From: Auanema rhodensis
Taxonomy: Eukaryota > Animalia > Nematoda
Assembly: GCA_964057225.1 (NCBI GenBank)
Contig: OZ059894.1
Location: 23,002,001 to 23,066,000 of the forward strand
Direction: 5' to 3'
DNA: 64,000 nucleotides
In this document: in pieces, positions 1 through 10,350 of the stretch
Layout: each line of letters starts with the position of its first letter
How positions within the stretch are numbered: the stretch's first letter is position 1
The notes under the pieces: model-generated
What the model saw: only the letters and a program-made list of their open reading frames with translations
The model's database searches: none
Told to the model about the DNA's origin: nothing
Translations under genes and position numbers: made by a program

Positions 1-3000
1 AGTATAGTGCATTCGATGCGGATTTTTAAGCTGCGTCGATCTGTGTTATCAGATTTGCGCTAACTTAAAAATGCACCGAGATATCAACTGATATAAGTTC
101 ACACTTATATCCTCGATTTTCACCCTGAAGAAATAATTTTTTCGTTGAATAACATTGTCCATCGTCTTTGCCTTGAAAAATGGAATCTAAAAACATCTAC
201 TTTTTGCTAAATTCTTTTGAAATTTTTCGAAAAAATTTTTGTCAAAATGTTTTTGGAAGCAATGTTGAGTGTACATGGAAACTCAACATACACTAATGCA
301 TCATTTTTCAAACGATCATAACTAATTTTTGTATCAAGCGTTTCTCAATGTAGTATAGTGCATTCGCTGCGGATTTTTAAGCTGCGTCGATCTGTGTTAT
401 CAGATTTGCGCTAGCTTAAAAATGCACCGAGATATCAACTGATATAAGTTCACACTTATATCCTCGATTTTCACCCTGAAGAATTAATTTTTTCGTTGAA
501 TAACATTGTCCATCGTCTTTGCCTTGAAAAAAGGAATCTAAAAACATCTACTTTTTGCTAAATTATTTTGAAATTTTTCGAAAAAATTTTTGTCAAAATG
601 TTTTTGGAAGCAATGTTGAGTGTACATGGAAACTCAACATACACTAATGCATCATTTTTCAAACGATCATAACTAATTTTTGTATCAAGCGTTTCTCAAT
701 GTAGTATAGTGCATTCGATGCGGATTTTTAAGCTGCGTCGATCTGTGTTATCAGATTTGCGCTAGCTTAAAAATGCACCGAGATATCAACTGATATAAGT
801 TCACACTTATATCCTCGATTTTCACCCTGAAGAATTAATTTTTTCGTTGAATAACATTGTCCATCGTCTTTGCCTTGAAAAATGGAATCTAAAAACATTT
901 ACTTTTTGCTAAATTATTTTGAAATTTTTCGAAAAAATTTTTGTCAAAATGTTTTTGGAAGCAATGTTGAGTGTACATGGAAACTCAACATACACTAATG
1001 CATCATTTTTCAAACGATCATAACTAATTTTTGTATCAAGCGTTTCTCAATGTAGTATAGTGCATTCGATGCGGATTTTTAAGCTGCGTCGATCTGTGTT
1101 ATCAGATTTGCGCTAGCTTAAAAATGCACCGAGATATCAACTGATATAAGTTCACACTTATATCCTCGATTTTCACCCTGAAGAATTAATTTTTTCGTTG
1201 AATAACATTGTCCATCGTCTTTGCCTTGAAAAATGGAATCTAAAAACATCTACTTTTTGCTAAATTATTTTGAAATTTTTCGAAAAAATTTTTGTCAAAA
1301 TGTTTTTGGAAGCAATGTTGAGTGTACATGGAAACTCAACATACACTAATGCATCATTTTTCAAACGATCATAACTAATTTTTGTATCAAGCGTTTCTCA
1401 ATGTAGTATAGTGCATTCGATGCGGATTTTTAAGCTGCGTCGATCTGTGTTATCAGATTTGCGCTAGCTTAAAAATGCACCGAGATATCAACTGATATAA
1501 GTTCACACTTATATCCTCGATTTTCACCCTGAAGAATTAATTTTTTCGTTGAATAACATTGTCCATCGTCTTTGCCTTGAAAAATGGAATCTAAAAACAT
1601 CTACTTTTTGCTAAATTATTTTGAAATTTTTCGAAAAAATTTTTGTCAAAATGTTTTTGGAAGCAATGTTGAGTGTACATGGAAACTCAACATACACTAA
1701 TGCATCATTTTTCAAACGATCATAACTAATTTTTGTATCAAGCGTTTCTCAATGTAGTATAGTGCATTTGCTGCGGATTTTTAAGCTGCGTCGATCTGTG
1801 TTATCAGATTTGCGCTAACTTAAAAATGCACCGAGATATCAACTGATATAAGTTCACACTTATATCCTCGATTTTCACCCTGAAGAAATAATTTTTTCGT
1901 TGAATAACATTGTCCATCGTCTTTGCCTTGAAAAATGGAATCTAAAAACATCTACTTTTTGCTAAATTCTTTTGAAAATTTTCGAAAAAATTTTTGTCAA
2001 AATGTTTTTGGAAGCAATGTTGAGTGTACATGGAAACTCAACATACACTAATGCATCATTTTTCAAACGATCATAACTAATTTTTGTATCAAGCGTTTCT
2101 CAATGTAGTATAGTGCATTCGATGCGGATTTTTAAGCTGCGTCGATCTGTGTTATCAGATTTGCGCTAGCTTAAAAATGCACCGAGAAATCAACTGATAT
2201 AGGTTCACACTTATATCCTCGATTTTCACCCTGAAGAAATAATTTTTTCGTTGAATAACATTGTCCATCGTCTTTGCCTTGAAAAAAGGAATCTAAAAAC
2301 ATCTACTTTTTGCTAAATTATTTTGAAATTTTTCGAAAAAATTTTTGTCAAAATGTTTTTGGAAGCAATGTTGAGTGTACATGGAAACTCAACATACACT
2401 AATGCATCATTTTTCAAACGATCATAACTAATTTTTGTATTAAGCGTTTCTCAATGTAGTATAGTGCATTCGATGCGGATTTTTAAGCTGCGTCGATCTG
2501 TGTTATCAGATTTGCGCTAGCTTAAAAATGCACCGAGATATCAACTGATATAAGTTCACACTTATATCCTCGATTTTCACCCTGAAGAAATAATTTTTTC
2601 GTTGAATAACATTGTCCATCGTCTTTGCCTTGAAAAATGGAATCTAAAAACATCTACTTTTTGCTAAATTATTTTGAAATTTTTCGAAAAAATTTTTGTC
2701 AAAATGTTTTTGGAAGCAATGTTGAGTGTACATGGAAACTCAACATACACTAATGCATCATTTTTCAAACGATCATAACTAATTTTTGTATCAAGCGTTT
2801 CTCAATGTAGTATAGTGCATTCGATGCGGATTTTTAAGCTGCGTCGATCTGTGTTATCAGATTTGCGCTAGCTTAAAAATGCACCGAGAAATCAACTGAT
2901 ATAGGTTCACACTTATATCCTCGATTTTCACCCTGAAGAAATAATTTTTTCGTTGAATAACATTGTCCATCGTCTTTGCCTTGAAAAAAGGAATCTAAAA

Positions 3001-3396
3001 ACATCTACTTTTTGCTAAATTATTTTGAAATTTTTCGAAAAAATTTTTGTCAAAATGTTTTTGGAAGCAATGTTGAGTGTACATGGAAACTCAACATACA
3101 CTAATGCATCATTTTTCAAACGATCATAACTAATTTTTGTATTAAGCGTTTCTCAATGTAGTATAGTGCATTCGATGCGGATTTTTAAGCTGCGTCGATC
3201 TGTGTTATCAGATTTGCGCTAGCTTAAAAATGCACCGAGATATCAACTGATATAAGTTCACACTTATATCCTCGATTTTCACCCTGAAGAATTAATTTTT
3301 TCGTTGAATAACATTGTCCATCGTCTTTGCCTTGAAAAATGGAATCTAAAAACATCTACTTTTTGCTAAATTATTTTGAAATTTTTCGAAAAAATT
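1..3396 (-). repeat. 351-bp satellite array, inverted-orientation block (~9.7 monomers; continues off the window start)
   Basis: AGTATAGTGCATT recurs at 1, 352, 703, 1054, 1405, 1756, 2107, 2458, 2809 and 3160 (period 351). The sequence is the reverse complement of the monomer in the rest of the window. Confidence 0.98.
3387..3396. other. Inversion breakpoint with 10-bp microhomology CGAAAAAATT
   Basis: The left block normally reads TTTTT-CGAAAAAATT-TTTGTC and the right block TTCAA-CGAAAAAATT-A(T/A)TTCTTC. The junction reads TTTTT-CGAAAAAATT-ATTTCTTC with no inserted bases. Confidence 0.95.
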
Positions 3397-3419
3397 ATTT
3401 CTTCAGGGTGAAAATCGAG

Positions 3420-3441
3420 GATATAAGTGTGAACTTATATC
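3420..3441. other. 9-bp perfect dyad with 4-nt loop in most monomers (representative copy)
   Basis: GATATAAGT-gtga-ACTTATATC; overlaps a second dyad, ATATCA-gt-TGATAT. Confidence 0.9.
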
Positions 3442-3451
3442 AGTTGATATC

Positions 3452-3518
3452 TCGGTGCATTTTTAAGCTAGCGCAAATCTGATAACACAGATCGACGCAG
3501 CTTAAAAATCCGCATCGA
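3452..3518. other. 67-nt imperfect inverted repeat present in every monomer (representative copy; also 13-79)
   Basis: TCGGTGC-ATTTTTAAGCT-a-GCG-caa-ATCTG-[ataaca]-CAGAT-cga-CGC-AGCTTAAAAAT-cc-GCATCGA, giving stems of 7 (one G.T), 11, 3 and 5 bp. Confidence 0.85.
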
Positions 3519-3592
3519 ATGCACTATACTACATTGAGAAACGCTTGATACAAAAATTAGTTATGATCGTTTGAAAAATGATGCATTAGTGT

Positions 3593-3620
3593 ATGTTGAG
3601 TTTCCATGTACACTCAACAT
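3593..3620. other. 9-bp dyad with 10-nt loop (representative copy)
   Basis: ATGTTGAGT-ttccatgtac-ACTCAACAT; the common ACTCAATAT variant turns one pair into G.T. Confidence 0.85.
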
Positions 3621-6339
3621 TGCTTCCAAAAACATTTTGACAAAAATTTTTTCGAAAAATTTCAAAATAATTTAGCAAAAAGTAGATGTTTTTCGATTCC
3701 TTTTTCAAGGCAAAGACGATGGACAATGTTATTCAACGAAAAAATTAATTCTTCAGGGTGAAAATCGAGGATATAAGTGTGAACTTATATCAGTTGATAT
3801 CTCGGTGCATTTTTAAGCTAGCGCAAATCTGATAACACAGATCGACGCAGCTTAAAAATCCGCATCGAATGCACTCTACTACATTGAGAAACGCTTAATA
3901 CAAAAATTAGTTTTGATCGTTTGAAAAATGATGCATTAGTGTATGTTGAGTTTCCATGTACACTCAATATTGCTTCCAAAAACATTTTGACAAAAATTTT
4001 TTCGAGAAATTTCAAAATAATTTAGCAAAAAGTAGATGTTTTTAGATTCCTTTTTTCAAGGCAAAGACGATGGACAATGTTATTCAACGAAAAAATTAAT
4101 TCTTCAGGGTGAAAATCGAGGATATAAGTGTGAACTTATATCAGTTGATATCTCGGTGCATTTTTAAGCTGACGCAAATCTGATAACACAGATCGACGCA
4201 GCTTAAAAATCCGCATCGAATGCACTATACTACATTGAGAAACGCTTGATACAAAAATTAGTTATGATCGTTTGAAAAATGATGCATTAGTGTATGTTGA
4301 GTTTCCATGTACACTCAACATTGCTTCCAAAAACATTTTGACAAAAATTTTTTCGAAAAATTTCAAAATAATTTAGCAAAAAGTAGATGTTTTTAGATTC
4401 CATTTTTCAAGGCAAAGACGATGGACAATGTTATTCAACGAAAAAATTAATTCTTCAGGGTGAAAATCGAGGATATAAGTGTGAACTTATATCAGTTGAT
4501 ATCTCGGTGCATTTTTAAGCTAGCGCAAATCTGATAACACAGATCGACGCAGCTTAAAAATCCGCATCGAATGCACTATACTACATTGAGAAACGCTTAA
4601 TACAAAAATTAGTTATGATCGTTTGAAAAATGATGCATTAGTGTATGTTGAGTTTCCATGTACACTCAACATTGCTTCCAAAAACATTTTGACAAAAATT
4701 TTTTCGAAAAATTTCAAAATAATTTAGCAAAAAGTAGATGTTTTTAGATTCCTTTTTTCAAGGCAAAGACGATGGACAATGTTATTCAACGAAAAAATTA
4801 TTTCTTCAGGGTGAAAATCGAGGATATAAGTGTGAACCTATATCAGTTGATTTCTCGGTGCATTTTTAAGCTAGCGCAAATCTGATAACACAGATCGACG
4901 CAGCTTAAAAATCCGCATCGAATGCACTATACTACATTGAGAAACGCTTGATACAAAAATTAGTTATGATCGTTTGAAAAATGATGCATTAGTGTATGTT
5001 GAGTTTCCATGTACACTCAACATTGCTTCCAAAAACATTTTGACAAAAATTTTTTCGAAAAATTTCAAAATAATTTAGCGAAAAGTAGATGTTTTTAGAT
5101 TCCATTTTTCAAGGCAAAGACGATGGACAATGTTATTCAACGAAAAAATTATTTCTTCAGGGTGAAAATCGAGGATATAAGTGTGAACTTATATCAGTTG
5201 ATATCTCGGTGCATTTTTAAGCTAGCGCAAATCTGATAACACAGATCGACGCAGCTTAAAAATCCGCATCGAATGCACTATACTACATTGAGAAACGCTT
5301 AATACAAAAATTAGTTATGATCGTTTGAAAAATGATGCATTAGTGTATGTTGAGTTTCCATGTACACTCAACATTGCTTCCAAAAACATTTTGACAAAAA
5401 TTTTTTCGAAAAATTTCAAAATAATTTAGCAAAAAGTAGATGTTTTTAGATTCCTTTTTTCAAGGCAAAGACGATGGACAATGTTATTCAACGAAAAAAT
5501 TATTTCTTCAGGGTGAAAATCGAGGATATAAGTGTGAACCTATATCAGTTGATTTCTCGATGCATTTTTAAGCTAGCGCAAATCTGATAACACAGATCGA
5601 CGCAGCTTAAAAATCCGCATCGAATGCACTATACTACATTGAGAAACGCTTGATACAAAAATTAGTTATGATCGTTTGAAAAATGATGCATTAGTGTATG
5701 TTGAGTTTCCATGTACACTCAACATTGCTTCCAAAAACATTTTGACAAAAATTTTTTCGAAAATTTTCAAAAGAATTTAGCAAAAAGTAGATGTTTTTAG
5801 ATTCCATTTTTCAAGGCAAAGACGATGGACAATGTTATTCAACGAAAAAATTATTTCTTCAGGGTGAAAATCGAGGATATAAGTGTGAACTTATATCAGT
5901 TGATATCTCGGTGCATTTTTAAGTTAGCGCAAATCTGATAACACAGATCGACGCAGCTTAAAAATCCGCAGCAAATGCACTATACTACATTGAGAAACGC
6001 TTGATACAAAAATTAGTTATGATCGTTTGAAAAATGATGCATTAGTGTATGTTGAGTTTCCATGTACACTCAACATTGCTTCCAAAAACATTTTGACAAA
6101 AATTTTTTCGAAAAATTTCAAAATAATTTAGCAAAAAGTAGATGTTTTTAGATTCCATTTTTCAAGGCAAAGACGATGGACAATGTTATTCAACGAAAAA
6201 ATTAATTCTTCAGGGTGAAAATCGAGGATATAAGTGTGAACTTATATCAGTTGATATCTCGGTGCATTTTTAAGCTAGCGCAAATCTGATAACACAGATC
6301 GACGCAGCTTAAAAATCCGCATCGAATGCACTATACCAC

Positions 6340-9300
6340 ATTGAGAAACGCTTGATACAAAAATTAGTTATGATCGTTTGAAAAATGATGCATTAGTGTA
6401 TGTTGAGTTTCCATGTACACTCAACATTGCTTCCAAAAACATTTTGACAAAAATTTTTTCGAAAAATTTCAAAATAATTTAGCAAAAAGTAGATGTTTTT
6501 AGATTCCATTTTTCAAGGCAAAGACGATGGACAATGTTATTCAACGAAAAAATTAATTCTTCAGGGTGAAAATCGAGGATATAAGTGTGAACTTATATCA
6601 GTTGATATCTCGGTGCATTTTTAAGCTAGCGCAAATCTGATAACACAGATCGACGCAGCTTAAAAATCCGCATCGAATGCACTATACTACATTGAGAAAC
6701 GCTTGATACAAAAATTAGTTATGATCGTTTGAAAAATGATGCATTAGTGTATGTTGAGTTTCCATGTACACTCAACATTGCTTCCAAAAACATTTTGACA
6801 AAAATTTTTTCGAAAAATTTCAAAATAATTTAGCAAAAAGTAAATGTTTTTAGATTCCATTTTTCAAGGCAAAGACGATGGACAATGTTATTCAACGAAA
6901 AAATTAATTCTTCAGGGTGAAAATCGAGGATATAAGTGTGAACTTATATCAGTTGATATCTCGGTGCATTTTTAAGCTAGCGCAAATCTGATAACACAGA
7001 TCGACGCAGCTTAAAAATCCGCATCGAATGCACTATACTACATTGAGAAACGCTTGATACAAAAATTAGTTATGATCGTTTGAAAAATGATGCATTAGTG
7101 TATGTTGAGTTTCCATGTACACTCAACATTGCTTCCAAAAACATTTTGACAAAAATTTTTTCGAAAAATTTCAAAATAATTTAGCAAAAAGTAGATGTTT
7201 TTAGATTCCTTTTTTCAAGGCAAAGACGATGGACAATGTTATTCAACGAAAAAATTAATTCTTCAGGGTGAAAATCGAGGATATAAGTGTGAACTTATAT
7301 CAGTTGATATCTCGGTGCATTTTTAAGCTAGCGCAAATCTGATAACACAGATCGACGCAGCTTAAAAATCCGCAGCGAATGCACTATACTACATTGAGAA
7401 ACGCTTGATACAAAAATTAGTTATGATCGTTTGAAAAATGATGCATTAGTGTATGTTGAGTTTCCATGTACACTCAACATTGCTTCCAAAAACATTTTGA
7501 CAAAAATTTTTTCGAAAAATTTCAAAAGAATTTAGCAAAAAGTAGATGTTTTTAGATTCCATTTTTCAAGGCAAAGACGATGGACAATGTTATTCAACGA
7601 AAAAATTATTTCTTCAGGGTGAAAATCGAGGATATAAGTGTGAACTTATATCAGTTGATATCTCGGTGCATTTTTAAGTTAGCGCAAATCTGATAACACA
7701 GATCGACGCAGCTTAAAAATCCGCATCGAATGCACTATACTACATTGAGAAACGCTTGATACAAAAATTAGTTATGATCGTTTGAAAAATGATGCATTAG
7801 TGTATGTTGAGTTTCCATGTACACTCAACATTGCTTCCAAAAACATTTTGACAAAAATTTTTTCGAAAAATTTCAAAATAATTTAGCAAAAAGTAGATGT
7901 TTTTAGATTCCATTTTTCAAGGCAAAGACGATGGACAATGTTATTCAACGAAAAAATTAATTCTTCAGGGTGAAAATCGAGGATATAAGTGTGAACTTAT
8001 ATCAGTTGATATCTCGGTGCATTTTTAAGCTAGCGCAAATCTGATAACACAGATCGACGCAGCTTAAAAATCCGCATCGAATGCACTATACTACATTGAG
8101 AAACGCTTGATACAAAAATTAGTTATGATCGTTTGAAAAATGATGCATTAGTGTATGTTGAGTTTCCATGTACACTCAACATTGCTTCCAAAAACATTTT
8201 GACAAAAATTTTTTCGAAAAATTTCAAAATAATTTAGCAAAAAGTAGATGTTTTTAGATTCCATTTTTCAAGGCAAAGACGATGGACAATGTTATTCAAC
8301 GAAAAAATTAATTCTTCAGGGTGAAAATCGAGGATATAAGTGTGAACTTATATCAGTTGATATCTCGGTGCATTTTTAAGCTAGCGCAAATCTGATAACA
8401 CAGATCGACGCAGCTTAAAAATCCGCATCGAATGCACTATACTACATTGAGAAACGCTTGATACAAAAATTAGTTATGATCGTTTGAAAAATGATGCATT
8501 AGTGTATGTTGAGTTTCCATGTACACTCAACATTGCTTCCAAAAACATTTTGACAAAAATTTTTTCGAAAAATTTCAAAATAATTTAGCAAAAAGTAGAT
8601 GTTTTTAGATTCCATTTTTCAAGGCAAAGACGATGGACAATGTTATTCAACGAAAAAATTAATTCTTCAGGGTGAAAATCGAGGATATAAGTGTGAACTT
8701 ATATCAGTTGATATCTCGGTGCATTTTTAAGCTAGCGCAAATCTGATAACACAGATCGACGCAGCTTAAAAATCCGCATCGAATGCACTATACTACATTG
8801 AGAAACGCTTGATACAAAAATTAGTTATGATCGTTTGAAAAATGATGCATTAGTGTATGTTGAGTTTCCATGTACACTCAACATTGCTTCCAAAAACATT
8901 TTGACAAAAATTTTTTCGAAAAATTTCAAAATAATTTAGCAAAAAGTAAATGTTTTTAGATTCCATTTTTCAAGGCAAAGACGATGGACAATGTTATTCA
9001 ACGAAAAAATTAATTCTTCAGGGTGAAAATCGAGGATATAAGTGTGAACTTATATCAGTTGATATCTCGGTGCATTTTTAAGCTAGCGCAAATCTGATAA
9101 CACAGATCGACGCAGCTTAAAAATCCGCATCGAATGCACTATACTACATTGAGAAACGCTTGATACAAAAATTAGTTATGATCGTTTGAAAAATGATGCA
9201 TTAGTGTATGTTGAGTTTCCATGTACACTCAACATTGCTTCCAAAAACATTTTGACAAAAATTTTTTCGAAAAATTTCAAAATAATTTAGCAAAAAGTAG

Positions 9301-10350
9301 ATGTTTTTAGATTCCTTTTTTCAAGGCAAAGACGATGGACAATGTTATTCAACGAAAAAATTAATTCTTCAGGGTGAAAATCGAGGATATAAGTGTGAAC
9401 TTATATCAGTTGATATCTCGGTGCATTTTTAAGCTAGCGCAAATCTGATAACACAGATCGACGCAGCTTAAAAATCCGCAGCGAATGCACTATACTACAT
9501 TGAGAAACGCTTGATACAAAAATTAGTTATGATCGTTTGAAAAATGATGCATTAGTGTATGTTGAGTTTCCATGTACACTCAACATTGCTTCCAAAAACA
9601 TTTTGACAAAAATTTTTTCGAAAAATTTCAAAAGAATTTAGCAAAAAGTAGATGTTTTTAGATTCCATTTTTCAAGGCAAAGACGATGGACAATGTTATT
9701 CAACGAAAAAATTATTTCTTCAGGGTGAAAATCGAGGATATAAGTGTGAACTTATATCAGTTGATATCTCGGTGCATTTTTAAGTTAGCGCAAATCTGAT
9801 AACACAGATCGACGCAGCTTAAAAATCCGCATCGAATGCACTATACTACATTGAGAAACGCTTGATACAAAAATTAGTTATGATCGTTTGAAAAATGATG
9901 CATTAGTGTATGTTGAGTTTCCATGTACACTCAACATTGCTTCCAAAAACATTTTGACAAAAATTTTTTCGAAAAATTTCAAAATAATTTAGCAAAAAGT
10001 AGATGTTTTTAGATTCCATTTTTCAAGGCAAAGACGATGGACAATGTTATTCAACGAAAAAATTAATTCTTCAGGGTGAAAATCGAGGATATAAGTGTGA
10101 ACTTATATCAGTTGATATCTCGGTGCATTTTTAAGCTAGCGCAAATCTGATAACACAGATCGACGCAGCTTAAAAATCCGCATCGAATGCACTATACTAC
10201 ATTGAGAAACGCTTGATACAAAAATTAGTTATGATCGTTTGAAAAATGATGCATTAGTGTATGTTGAGTTTCCATGTACACTCAACATTGCTTCCAAAAA
10301 CATTTTGACAAAAATTTTTTCGAAAAATTTCAAAATAATTTAGCAAAAAG
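6340..10350 (+). repeat. 6-monomer (2106 bp) local duplication/HOR, ~2 copies
   Basis: GTAAATG variant at 6843 and 8949 (2106 apart). GCAGCGAAT, AAAGAAT and AAGTTAGC variants recur at the same offset. Confidence 0.8.

Larger units (their letters stand above)
1..7741. repeat. Large inverted duplication: arms 1-3396 and 4346-7741, spacer 3397-4345
   Basis: Position i pairs with 7742-i. Rare variants occur in mirror order: GCATTTGCTGC ~1783 vs GCAGCAAATGC ~5968, CATTTAC ~899 vs GTAAATG 6843, and two GAGAAATC/TAGGTTC monomers on each arm. Confidence 0.92.

Noticed and set aside
140-156. CENP-B box-like TTTCGTTGAATAACATT
   Set aside because: Matches TTCG and the central A but lacks the essential CGGG (5 of 9 core positions).
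125-185. Hammerhead ribozyme core (CUGAAGA...GAAA), as known in some animal satellites
   Set aside because: CTGAAGA matches CUGANGA, but I could not build stems I-III around it, and the common TTTAGGG variant destroys the motif. An Infernal search with Rfam hammerhead models would settle it.
1-351. Assignment to a named satellite (Drosophila 1.688 family, beetle ~350-bp satellites) or to 5S/tRNA/SL-RNA gene arrays
   Set aside because: Only the length is similar. I recognise no sequence match and no Pol III boxes or cloverleaf; this needs a database search.
3397-3747. Monomer as an ancient dimer of ~175-bp subunits
   Set aside because: No convincing half-to-half alignment by eye, only short ATGTT...TTCCAT echoes about 93 bp apart.
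3818-4015. 65-aa minus-strand ORF
   Set aside because: Opened by the private A>T at 3913 removing a TAA; no ATG start; satellite sequence.
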